In this document: in pieces, positions 38,145-50,800 of the stretch | How positions within the stretch are numbered: position 1 is the stretch's first letter | Layout of the letters: each line of letters opens with the position of its first letter | The notes under the pieces: generated by a model | The model's input: only the letters and a program-made list of their open reading frames with translations | Databases searched by the model: none | Told to the model about the DNA's origin: nothing | Position numbers and translations under genes: made by a program | Origin: Balanoglossus misakiensis | Lineage: Eukaryota > Animalia > Hemichordata | Reading direction: 5' to 3' | DNA: 64,000 bases | NCBI GenBank assembly: GCA_040954595.2 | Contig: CM082593.2 | Location: 3,489,434 to 3,553,433 of the forward strand

Positions 38145-40858
38145 ATGTCTTTTGCAACGCACGCTTTCCGCAGGGGCCTTGCAACTGGTGTTGTGAGAAT
38201 GGCCACCATCAAACATGTGGCTGTGATTGGTGGAGGATCGATGGGAAACGGTATCGCCCAGGTGGGTACAATTTCAAGCCAGAGGCCATCAATCATCATG
38301 ACATCTTGTGGGTAATTAAACTTCACCTATCAGCTTTTATGCTAAATTATTCTTTTCTGATCAAACTTGAATCAAAATTTGCACCCAGAGTTGCAATATA
38401 ATCACTCAACTAGATATAAAATAATCAAAAGTTTGCACTGTGCGCACATCTTAAAATGCTTAACTGGTAATTTTCAATCAAAACTTTAATGTAACAAACA
38501 TGTTTCCTTTGTTGGTCATGGTTCATTGAGATAGTCATACACCATCACACATCACACATTATAACTTCTGTCCATGAGGCAAAATGTGGCTGAATGAAAG
38601 CTGCTATGCATACTAGGACATGTAACATTATGTAAGAGGATTTTGTGATATAAGCACTGACAAAACATCATGGCATGTTCGTCTTTATGATTCTGTATAA
38701 TTTATCACTAGGCACTATTGTTCCAATCATCATGAAGAATATGTTAATTGTTACATGTCAAATTTATTTTTTATTTATTTATTTCCAATGTAGGTTACAG
38801 CACAAGCCGGTTATCAGGTGACAATGGTGGACCAGACAGATGAGATTCTACAGAAATCTGTTGGCGCAATCAACAAGAGTTTACAAAGAGTTGTCAAGAA
38901 AAAGTTTGCCAATGATCCAAGTGTAAGTTTAGAGAAGTTGTTAAATAAAAATCGCCCTGATTGCAAGGTCCATTTTTAGTAACATAAATTAAATTGTGTA
39001 AAATCCAGACATTTAAAAAAAACTTGTTTTGCAGAAAGGAGAAGAGTTCATCAAGGGCATCATGGGAAATATCTCAACCAGTACAAACGCTGCAAATGCA
39101 GTGGCTGATGCAGACTTGGTAATGGAGGCAATCATTGAAAAGATGGACATCAAGAAAAAAACTTTTAGCTGAGCTTGACAAAGCGGCCAAGGAGTAAGAA
39201 CATAACAAATTAACTTATGCTTGAAAATCATTTTTGATAGAAAACTGAATCACTAAATTTTCAGAACAGGTTTTTTTGCAACTGATGCAAGGATAAAGGA
39301 TTTCTCTTTTTTCCTTCACAGAAGTGCAATTTTTGCAAGCAACACATCATCATTGTCGGTCACAGAAATGGCCAGTGTCACGCAGAGACAGGACAGGTTT
39401 GGTGGTTTGCATTTCTTCAATCCAGTGGCAGTCATGAAACTAGTCGAGGTTAGTAAAAGTGTCAATAACACGTCTGATGCATAAATTGAAAATGGCTAAA
39501 AGAAAATTGGTTGAATTATTTCCAGTTCGCAGATTCAGTTTTCTTAGAATGGAATGGTTTGCTTCAATTGAATAAATTTATTCCTCATGGAATATTATTT
39601 CCATGTGCTTTGACATTTTCACAGGTTGTGCGGACACCACAGACAACAGATGCAACATTCAACACTTTGGTGGAGTACTGTACAAAGATTGGGAAAACCA
39701 CAGTAGATTGCAAGGTGAGATAATTGAAGGGTTTCAGAGGGTTTCTTAATTGAACTTGTTTCTAACCATCTCTCTGCAGTAAACCCAAACCAAACAGCTA
39801 CAGATGAACATTTACTCTACCCTGGGTATATGTTTTTTTTCAGGACACTCCTGGCTTCATTGTAAATCGACTGTTAGTTCCTTACATGATGGAGGCTATC
39901 AGATTGGTCGAGAGAGGTGAGTCATGTGACATTATTTTGCCTTTGGAGGATACTGATAATGACATTTGACTTTTTAAGCAATTTATGTTGACAAATATTT
40001 CATTTTAGTGGGAGGGAAGTAATATGCAATTTCAAAGCAACCACCTGCTTCTCAGTACATGTACTATAAAATTTTGCAACTTGATCAATTGTGTAACTTC
40101 TTAGTTTCTGTACTTTTCTCTGCACCTGCATATAAGATTTCTTGCCTAACATTGCAACTGCTTATAACTGCTTCATCTCTATAATTTCACAATATGACTA
40201 ATAGTTAAATTCTTGCATGCATGCAATCTGCATAATCTCGCACTCTAGGTGACGCTTCGCCAAAAGATGTTGACACTGCAATGAAGTTGGGCGCTGGCTA
40301 CCCCATGGGACCAATTGAACTATCGGATTACGTTGGCCTGGATATAAACAAGTTTGTCCTCGATGGTATGTTGTTGTTCTAAATTTTCAATTTCAGGTGA
40401 TGCAACTTTGCGTGACGTGGATTTGGCCATGAAGCTAGGGGCTGGGTACATCATTGGCCCGGTTGAATTAGCAGATTTTATTGGTCTTGAAGTGTGTAAC
40501 TTTGTCATACATGGTAAGTGCATTTTGGTGTAACGCACCATTGTCCATTGCAAGTTGTCGTCATCTTTGGAAAAATAAACCCTCATGACTTTTTCCACAT
40601 TTTTTTCTCAAATTTTCATCAAGAACTGCTGACAAGTGAAACTTATTTCCATTAGGTCTAAATTAAAGAGGGAAATGTAAGAAAATGTGTGAAAATGACA
40701 AACAAAAATGGATGATACCAAATTTTCTTTCTTTTGTTGCAGGTTGGCACGAGAAATACCCAGACAATCCACTCTTCAACCCAAGCCCACTGCTGGACAA
40801 ACTTGTCAGTGAAGGAAAACTCGGAAGAAAGACTGGAGAAGGCTTCTATAAATATTGA
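38145..40858 (+). CDS. HADH: Mitochondrial 3-hydroxyacyl-CoA dehydrogenase, copy 1, with a +1 frameshift in exon 3 (pseudogene or assembly error)
   Basis: Exons 38145-38261, 38794-38922, 39035-39193, 39322-39448, 39625-39714, 39844-39916, 40249-40365 or 40397-40513, and 40743-40858. Motifs [39 protein letters not shown] and [12 protein letters not shown]. Exon 3 is 159 nt versus 158 nt in copy 2. Confidence 0.85.
40397..40513 (+). other. HADH: HADH copy 1 alternative exon 7b (tandem duplicate of exon 7a at 40249-40365)
   Basis: 117 nt, AG/GT flanked, same phase as 7a; encodes [40 protein letters not shown]; lies only 31 nt after exon 7a. Confidence 0.8.
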
Positions 40859-41103
40859 AAATAACATCTCATCAATATGTTTTGGGTTCAAACAAATACA
40901 ATGTATATCAAATAAAAAGTTTAAAACAGTGGAATAAAACACTTAAAGAAATGTCCGGTGTGGTACACATATTGTAACTTTCTAAATTTATAATCGTGTT
41001 TTATTCCTATCATCACATTCTGTTCAAAAACGGGGTTTTTCGAGGCTTTACTGTCGACAAGACGCGCATGTGAGTGAGCTGTTAATTTCCAGAATGCTGC
41101 ACT

Positions 41104-41166
41104 CTGATTGGTCAATTTATTAGCCACTAGAGGGCACCGTCTATGACCTGACCTGACCTTTAACCT
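41104..41166 (+). promoter_or_regulatory. HADH copy 2 proximal promoter: inverted CCAAT box, CTCF-like motif and nuclear-receptor DR1-like element
   Basis: CTGATTGGTC at 41104, GCCACTAGAGGGCACC at 41123-41138 and TGACCT-T-TAACCT at 41154-41166, all 100-160 bp upstream of the ATG at 41266. Motif match only. Confidence 0.5.
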
Positions 41167-41265
41167 TTCTCTTGTAAGTTGCGGGTGCCAGGGCAGTCTG
41201 CTGTTGTACGTTCGCGATCTGTCTTGTTCATAGCTTTCCCAGTGCGGGCGATTTTTTTTTCCGAG

Positions 41266-43546
41266 ATGTCTTTTGTAACTCACGTTTTCCGTCGAGGTCT
41301 CGCAACCGGTGTTTGGAGATTGGCGGCGATAAACCATGTAACTATTATCGGTGGTGGTTCCATGGGGAACGGTATCGCTCAGGTTAGTTGCAATACTTCA
41401 CTACTAACTTTGCACCTCCAACCGCAGATGTTGTCCGTAGCATTACACGCCCTGCCCCCACAGGTCAATCGTACTTTTGCGTGGCAGGTATATGTTTAGC
41501 CATCGCCTTCACCTGTCTCGACGTGCCTGGTACCCACCGCAAAGGTAACACAGCCCTTACAGTTTATGTAACTTCACATGTAGGTGACAGCACAGGCCGG
41601 TTATCAGGTGACAATGGTGGACCAGACAGATGAGATTCTACAGAAATCTGTTGGAATCATCAACAAGAGTTTACAGAGAGTTGTAAAGAAGAAGTTTGCC
41701 GATAATCCAAGTGTAAGTTTAACTTTCATTTTTTTTTCACAAAGGATTATTATCGAGGCCAGGAAAAATTGACCTCTGAGAACCTGACTTCTGGCATTAA
41801 GGATCTCCAGCACTATGAACTTGAATGTTATTACAGATTTTGACATCACTTATAAAGGAAATACTTTCAACCTTAGCAATATTACACCCTAATACCCGAT
41901 TTGTTTTGTTTCCAGAAAGGAGAGGAGTTCGTCAAAGGAATCATGGGGAAAATCTCAACAAGTACAGATGCTTCAAATGCAGTGGCAAACTCTGACCTGG
42001 TCATTGAGGCAATCATTGAAAACATGGACATCAAGAAAAAGCTTTTCACAGACCTGGACAAAGTCGCAAAAGAGTAAGGATAGAACAGGATTTCTTTTTA
42101 AAGTTTAAGAAGGCAGTTGTTCCTAATCAGATTATAGACAAAAAGCATGAACTGCTAAAAATGCCTGCAATCCCTCTCATTCACAGAAATACTATTTTCG
42201 CAAGCAACACATCATCATTGTCAGTCACAGAAATGGCCAGTGTCACACAGAGGCAGGACAGGTTTGGTGGTTTGCATTTCTTCAATCCAGTACCAATGAT
42301 GAAATTAGTTGAGGTATGGAAACTTCAATTCTGACGCTGTCAAACGAATTACATTTCCACTGTCTAAAATAGAATCCAACCCCCACCCCCGACAGAAGAA
42401 ACTGACCAGTCCCTAAATTCAATGCTTTCGATTCTGTAGGTTGTGAGGACTCCACAAACATCAGACAGTACATATAACAGTCTGGTTGGATATTGTCAAA
42501 AAATTGGGAAAACATCAGTGAACTGCAAGGTAAGCAAGATCAAGCAATGGTGAAATTGTCAGACAAGCATGTGTAAATCAGTAGATTTGCTGGAGGACAG
42601 GTTGGGAATAAAATTATGTTCCCATTGAACACATTCAAATAGGCACGTTGAGTCATCACATAACAAAAGTATACAAATGTTTCTCTACTGTTTCAGGACA
42701 CTCCAGGTTTTATTGTAAATCGTCTTTTGGTCCCATATATGATGGAAGCTGTGCGGTTGGTCGAAAGAGGTGGGTATGTTATGTGCAGGAAAACCTGCCC
42801 AGAGAGATTTCACGGTTGCACTGCTCAGATACTGATGCAAGATACTGATCATGGTATTAACAAAACATGTATTTATTTTACATAACCATCCAATCATTTC
42901 ACGTTCCCTGCTGTCTGTCTCCCCATGTACCAGGTGATGCCTCCCCGAAAGATGTTGACATAGCAATGAAGTTAGGTGCTGGCTACCCCATGGGACCAAT
43001 TGAGCTGATTGACTATGTCGGTGTGGATGTATGCAAATTCATTGTTGAAGGTATGTTGGTGTGTTTAGTTTTTAAATAGAAGTGTTTTTCTACTTTTAAG
43101 GTGATGCCAGTGTGCGTGACGTGGACACTGCCATGAAACTGGGAGCTGGCTACCCCATGGGGCCGTTCGAATTGTTGGATTTAATTGGTACTGACGTTTT
43201 TAACTCTTCCATTCAGCATGGTAAGTAGGGGGGGGGGGAGCCCTTCATGTAACGCAAGAGGTTGGCTTAAAAGCCCCATTAGCTGCCCTTATCCCCATTA
43301 TCTTCATGGTTTTACTTTCAAAATTAGATGGTTCATTTAAAAAAGCTTGCTGATGGGCACACACAAACGTATTATCAACCTCTGATTGTGGCTGTACATA
43401 ACATACACTGCCTTTACTTTTCTGTTGCAGGTTGGCATAAGGAATACCCTGATAACCCACTCTTCAATCCAAGCCCGATGGTGGAAAAACTCGTCAGCGA
43501 GGGAAAACTAGGAAGAAAGACGGGAGAGGGCTTCTACAAATACTAA
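41266..43546 (+). CDS. HADH: Mitochondrial 3-hydroxyacyl-CoA dehydrogenase, copy 2, intact (about 308 aa)
   Basis: Exons 41266-41382, 41584-41712, 41916-42073, 42187-42313, 42440-42529, 42697-42769, 42934-43050 or 43101-43220, and 43431-43546 total 927 nt with exon 7a. NAD-binding GxGxxG and catalytic [13 protein letters not shown] are present. Confidence 0.93.
43101..43220 (+). other. HADH: HADH copy 2 alternative exon 7b (tandem duplicate of exon 7a at 42934-43050)
   Basis: 120 nt, AG/GT flanked, same phase as 7a; encodes [41 protein letters not shown]; lies 50 nt after exon 7a. Confidence 0.82.
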
Positions 43547-45242
43547 AACACAATGTGTGATTTCTCCACCTCAGTGTGGTGTGTACAGTTTAGAATGAAG
43601 TGATCATATCTTGCACTTGTTTCCTTCCAACTGTCCTAGTTTTTGAAAAGCACACATTTTGATTGGCCTTATGGGTATAGATATCTGGAACTGACCGAAT
43701 GGTCATTATCAATGCAAATAAACTTTAAATGGCTTTATCTTTTGTGTCTCGTTGATATTTATATACATTTGTAATTGGGGCCCAAATGTTTCTTCATACG
43801 CGCTGCACTGCACTCTGGGTAATCCATGCTGTGCAGCGCCCTCAACATATGAAAACAGTTTTCTTTCGGTCAACCAAACTACTAAGCACAAGCACTATAC
43901 GTGTATTTCCCATGAATCCCTACGTGATCTCTTCCCCTTTCTGCAAAAGAATAAGTCAAGATGGAGTACTTCACATCATTAGATGTTCAGGGAATTTCCC
44001 AGGCAACGACTATCCCTGCAGTTCTTTATGTATTTGGCAAAACAATTTTAATTGTACTCGACTTGTCTGCACTTTTGAGGTAGCCTTGCCCTTATCATAT
44101 CACCTATAAAACTTGATACAGAATCGAATTATTATATGGTTGTTTATCTATATGGGGGCATTGTTCATTCTATCAAAACGCCAAATCTTGTTGATCTGGT
44201 TAATTTGTTGACTTATACTATATATCTTTAATCTATAAGCACCACTCGTAAACCACAGCGGTTGTAAACTGTTATCTATAGATGAAGATTACTCGTCTGC
44301 TAGAACGCATCATGGGGTCGTGTCCCCAACCATGTCCTTTCTCTGACCCATAATTTTCAGACTGTACGTTGATCTTTGGCTACACGTACCAGGTATCAGC
44401 GATGTTTTATCTGTCAACGTTCAAAGAAACATTTGTTTATATTCTATTATGACCGAAATTCGTTTCTTGGCTTTTGAAATAACCAAATTATGTTGTATAA
44501 ATGGGTGGTTGATGTCAAAGAATTTTTTCTTCTTTAATAACCAACTTTGGAATGTATAAGTGGCATATATTCTCAAACTTTTACTCCTCTGAGATTTTGC
44601 GATTTTGCAGAGTCTGTAACACGTCCTGAAAATTTAACATTGCTGGATATAACCATGCCCATCTGTCACAGAATTAACTATCACACAAGTATCTCATTGC
44701 AATCAGTTCAGTCGTCACAGATGACTTCAAAGTTACGTAGATGCCTTAAAAAGCTAACCGAAACAGAAAATCGTCTCCCGGGGCATGTACAACGGAATTA
44801 TTTCGCTTTCGTACAAAACGAAACTATGAGTTAAAAATAAACGGTGTCCCAGGGGTTGCATCAAAAGGCTGTAAGCGATCAAGCATAATACAAGGGGTTT
44901 AATTAGTCAGGTGACAAGCTTACCTAAGTTTTCACAAGAACACTGCCAGTCAGTTTTATTTTTACACACAGCCGTTGGATTTGGGCCCAGTTTTCTTTAT
45001 ACGAACTTATGATCGGATTCGGTGGAGTGTTTACAGCATTCTCGCCAATAACAAGTGTGACACTCTACTTCTACGTATTATGACATATTAAACTACGGTC
45101 TTTTATTAGAAGTTTGCAATCTGACAGGAATGGGGAAATGTCGATATATCGTGACAACAAAAATGTTCGCGGCCTGCAGAAATCGGAAAAGGTGTTTATA
45201 TATGCAGTGTCACTGGGGCTAGCTTGAGTTAAAAATACCATT

Positions 45243-45291
45243 ACGAAAATGTTTCCGACTTTGCTTACAGCAAAGTTGGAAACATTTTCGT
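45243..45291. repeat. Near-perfect inverted repeat (23-bp arms, 3-nt loop)
   Basis: ACGAAAATGTTTCCGACTTTGCT-TAC-AGCAAAGTTGGAAACATTTTCGT, with a single G:T mismatch. Confidence 0.9.
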
Positions 45292-47861
45292 GTGCTTGGC
45301 CCTATATTATATATTTTACTTTTAAAGGATTTTATTAGCCTATACAAACTCTAACAACACGAAACTTGCACTTCACCTTGTTTTTAGGAAGTTGTAAATG
45401 TTAATATAACCCGTGAAGTCATCGGTTTCTATATCGACGAACTTGTTCAGAAAACTGTCACGGTACTCTTGACAACAGGTGGAGTGCATGAGAGCAGCTC
45501 CAGTCAGTGTCGAGTACCTTCTCAAACGTCATTTCCGCTTCCGGTGTTTGTTCTCTTAAGAAAGCATGTATCACGCCATCGTTAAATAGGGGCTGTAAAT
45601 AATGGACTATGATTGACAAGTTATTGTTTGAATGAAACGTTTTAGGGATGCACTATGTTTATTCGAAGCAGGATACATACTACACTAAATTAACAAAGCC
45701 AATATTAAACATCATCGAATGAAAATTAAACTTTTCATCTGATGTTTTTCGCCAATAAACGGGTTGTCTTGAAAACCAATTTATTTTGAGAAGTGAAAAT
45801 CCTATCTTTGACCCCAGACTCCCCTGCAAATAATGGTATCACTTAGGCCGATTCTATTGGCTAATGGCATGCGCTAAAAGTTAAAGTTTAAAATGCTTGG
45901 TAGGAATTCAATTTTACAGACGACAACAACAATCTTCATTTAGATCACCGTCAGTGTTTGGACTGTCAGGACACTGTCTGCAGGTAAGAACCTGGAGATT
46001 TCTTGCAAACATTGCAGACGGCATCCGTGGTTTGTTGCAAGCCAGCGGGGAGGGTTACACTTTCTAGCCGTTTGCTCCTCAAATTATTATAGCGCATTTC
46101 AGCATATCTACTCTTAAAAGTACTTTGCGCGCATAAGAGTTGTTTTCAAGTCGACTTGTTTTGAGCTTTATGATTGAGATCAAGGTCATCTGAGTTGAGT
46201 CACCACAGATTTGATGCTGCTGTAGTCATTTACTAAAACGCGTTCTATTTCTGTGTCTACCACTGTCTGTCAAACTTAGTGACATAAACATTGCATTCTC
46301 GGCTTTTGTGGTTTTGGATTTTCTGCTGATTTATTAAAAATCAACAAGTGCGGTCGCGGTACAGGGCTCAGGAGCGCAAACAAATGAACATCGGAGATTT
46401 CCGCTTACCGCTGATCTTTGCCCGTTGATGTGGGTAAACACGCATGACGTACTCATCTGGGTCTGGACACTTGTAGCGTGATGCGACAGTGATTTAGTTG
46501 TCTGCATCGGTATTGACTGCATAATGAAAAAGGACAGACAAACGATACGGAAAAAATAACATTTGATTATAATTTCACTTGCAACAAGCGAACTTCGAGC
46601 GTGCTTTGCAAGTTTGCCAATACATGTACTGTCCTTGAAAACGATACTTTGCTTACGGAACATGCGCGTCTTTGAATTGTATTCCGTTTTCTCTTACTCA
46701 GAACAAATACTGATAGAACTCAAATTACAGATGAAACTGATACTGAGTTAAAGGGTTGCATTCACCTCTAATTTAGGTATGCCTATATAAGGTTTAAAAA
46801 ATCTGTCTAGGTGACGCACTGTTTTCACGTGACCACCCAGGGAAAAACTGCGATTGGCTGTTTAAAAAACTCCTCTGGGGCAGTTGAACAAACTCCCCGC
46901 GACCACAGTACGGATAGCAAGTCTATCGTTCATTTGAGGGCTGAGGTTAAAATCGGGCCTTGGAAGTCCACAAAGTAAATAATTTGCGACCAAAACAAAA
47001 CAATGACTAAAGCGAAAAGGATCATGAAGTTTGGTATATATTGTTTGGTATGATGACGTACATGATATCGCTCTTCGGACGATCAGGAATAAACGGGACT
47101 GATTTATCGTCACCACGCTCATATCCGAAACCGCAAATATGTTTGTGGTTTAGGAAATGAGGTTTAACTACGCCGTTAAGCTCTTGGCTACACCAATATT
47201 GTGAAGTGTCCTACACCAGTAGTACCCTTGACACAACTTTTGAGCTTAAATTGATTAATTAATTTAAAGGCACTTGATGACTTCAAATGTGCTTAAATAA
47301 ACTATTTTACCGAAATGGCGAAGTTACTTTATTTGAATCTATTTGACGTAGTGTATATTTTTCCAGTATTTTCCGGAAAGACGCAGTTAGTCTATTTTTT
47401 CCAAAGCGACCGGAGTTTGATATGACGACCCGGCCAATACATGCTTTACAGCGTGCACAGGACTGTATGCGCAAAAACTTCCTCTTTTTCGATGCAACCA
47501 GAATAGTTTCTTTGTCTTTTAGTGAAGGCTGTTAAACTTCCGAAATTTTCAAACATTCAAGATAAGCATAGCTTTTCGGCCCAGGACGTTCTCCGCAACA
47601 GAAATATTTTTTAAAAAATTCCTCTCGATGACATTTACATTTACAAGCACGGACACAACGCAAGTTTTATAGGTATAGGCCTAAAGTGAATCTTGGTTTG
47701 AACGGATGAAGAACAAGTCAAGCGAAACATATCATGAATTGGCGCTTTGGTCAGAAAATGTAAGATTTTTAATCACATACTATGTCTCGTTGTCATAGGT
47801 TACGTCTACGCGCAAGAAAAAAATAAAGTCTTGGGAAGAACAAAGTTTGTGAGCCTTCGCC

Positions 47862-50800
47862 ATGAAGGTCCTCTTTGTTGTCCTGGCCGTGGCCTGTGTT
47901 CATGGCATGGAGGTGAGTATACATTTTGGTCATCGTTGATTTATATCACAATGAAATGAAAAAATCTGGGCTTCTCAGTGGACATGAACTTAACAAAAGT
48001 GCAACACGGGAACGACGGTGAACTTCATAGAGTTCCGGTCGTAAAAGTCAACGCGGTCGTAAAAACGATATGAATTTATCGATCGAGGACAGAAAAAACA
48101 TCCTTTAGAACACGATATCTAGGCCACCAAGTTTCTTGCTTTGTCAATGGTTACTTGTACCGTACGTTGCATTTAGCCGAAATTCTATCCGTGTTTCGTT
48201 TCCATTGGTCGGATTAACCAATATCTGTCCTCGAGTACATTCTATAATGAAGATTAATGTTTAAAACTGCAAGAGGCTCTAGTTAGTCGTGAAAGTGTTG
48301 TGCACTTTTTGGAACATGCCCAATTATGATCATAATGTATAGGTCTTCTGGAGGTTAGTGCGACCTTGATTGGATATTTGCTGACTGTGCAAGCTTGTCA
48401 AGGCTCCTCGGACTCGAGCATTTACACACAATGATTATATTAAAATGTGACACTAAATCAATCAAATAACAAACAGACCACTAAACCACCCTCACTTGTA
48501 AAAGTCACCGAAGCGTATACACCAGTACGTCACCCCATCTTTCACTGGCCGCTTTCCACACAGAAGGGTTTACTTGTTTCCTAGGGTCACATCCTAGGGT
48601 CACCTGTTGCTTCTAGCCTACCCGTTCACTTCTCCTTGTGAAACCACAGTCACTGTGGTGAAACCAATTTGTTGCATTACACAGATCTATTTACAGACAA
48701 ATATTCAACTAATATACTGAAACTGACTTCTGTTTTCGGGACATGAATCGTTCAAGCGCTCACATCGATTGTATACTAGTATATAGAAACCATGGAGGTA
48801 CTGAGATAGAAACATACACGGAGTTTGGTCACCTAGGCGATAAGCCCTAATTCGCACATGCGCAGTTAACTTCGAGACTTCGGAGGAGGAGGAGGATGGT
48901 GGGGTTCTTCATCAAGTGATTATCCGGAGATTAAACTTGGATTTCATTCGTAGCACGAGGTGTTCCTGTAGTATCTTGTTTTGTAATGATCAGCGGACGG
49001 TACTCGTACATCCGATATGCACGATCGGCTCTGACACGATAGGAAACGGTGGTAAAAACTTCAGTTGTCTTTGGCCAATCGTAAGTGTCCCGGGACAGGA
49101 ACATGACAGAGCGCGCAGCCCGGGGCGCGCAGTCAGGAAATGTACATGACCGCATCTATGGGTGGATTCTATCAATGTGTCACAAACAATCTTTCTCTTT
49201 ACGCCAAAAATGCTTAAGTTAATCAATTGCCTTGCATGATATACATTTTTAAATAGACACAGAGCAAACTCTGTGTTTTGGTTTTATATGTAATGGCTGC
49301 CGGGTTTGTGCCAGAGGGCGCTATTGAAGAAAACTTAATTAAAGCAAAACAAAAGGACATCCATTCCTTAGCTTTATACTTGCAGTTTCTTTTCTCGTTA
49401 CCTCAGTCCCAGTTCATAAATATAAGGTGACCTCATCCCACTTGCTAAAACACAATGCCAAAGTTTGTTTGAATTGGTCAATTCAATTGTTATTAGCTTG
49501 TTGTATTGCTTCATAACAATAAAAACTTCTTTTGTTTTCTAGTCAAAGCTCAGACAAGAAGATGTTGTATGTAAGTACTTTGCATTTGTTTTGTATTTAG
49601 TTTTCATTACAGTACATAGAACCAATGTCATCTTTAGTATGATATTGTCAAATGTCCACCATCCCCCAAAGTAATGTACTTATTTTGCATCTAACCTATT
49701 TGGGTTTAAAGAACTTGAGTACCTGACAATTAGACTTGGAAATAATCATGTCCTTTAATCTTCATGATCATTTTCATGGCACAGCAATTATGGGTTCATC
49801 AGCAAAGCTCACCCAAGGTGATCTTGACACTATTGTACCTGATATATAAAGCACTTATTTTTAGGAACCACATCTGGGATAGGAATGCATGCTCAGCGTT
49901 TTATAATAACAAAAATCTGATAAAATTCTCATTAATGTATCAGTCTGTGTGAGTCGCGCATTGTTCATACTGTACCTACTTAAACTTTGAACACTGATAA
50001 AATGATGAGGTGTAAATGCCCCAGTGGCTTGACGAATTAATGGCTCAGTTGCCCCTTAACGGAGACAAGCACGAACTGACGTTTGATTGCTTTATGTCCT
50101 GATATGGACATGTTGATGTGTCATTAGCTTCTTAAAATGTCAACGTGGAGTTTAATCGGGGGAAGATATAAAGATGCAATGCGTCGTCATATTGACTTTA
50201 CCACATGCCAAAACTTGACAAAGTGCCATATCATGGTGTTGGTTGACGATAAGGAGTATTCAGTCAATGACCTTTTCGGGGGGGGGGGGGGGGGGGGGCA
50301 GAATAGGAAGCTGGGAGCATAAAGTGCAAATGATCATGCATGTAAAGAGGTCAGCCAATAGAATGTTCAATGGAAACTTGGATCTAGCTGAAGCCAGAAA
50401 GAGTTTCACAACAGATTGCAAACTTATGCTTGCATTCTCTCCTCAGTTCCAGAACCATGTTGGAACGAAAAGTCAAAGATACAGACCTACACTGTCAACG
50501 GTGCCCCAGTTTTCCACTCGGACAGTTTTGTGCCGAAATGCGACGACAACGGAATGTACTCACCAACCCAGTGCCACGGAGAGGAATGTTGGTGCGTGAC
50601 GGTGTGTGGAAGTGAAGTTCCCAACACTCGCACGACATCCTGGCCAACGTGTAGTAAGTGTGCATTTCTGCTGGTCATAATTTGATACTTATGGTGTTGT
50701 CTGTGAAAGAAAAAAATTGTGTCACAGTAAATTTACAGTTAGTTTTGGCAGAAAACTGACTGAAACATGGGATGTATGTTCAGCCGAGTAAAGAGATATG

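Noticed and set aside
46748-46770. TTAAAGGG start resembling another Kolobok-type MITE end (similar TTAAAGG at about 54866)
   Set aside because: No matching inverted terminus was found by eye.
43709-47800. ORFs of 60-110 aa between HADH copy 2 and the mosaic gene
   Set aside because: No recognisable motifs or consistent exon chain; probably intergenic, UTR or intronic noise.
48916-49226. GC-richer patch with overlapping ORFs in an early intron of the mosaic gene
   Set aside because: No domain similarity or terminal repeats could be recognised; it may be a TE fragment or enhancer, but this is unsupported.
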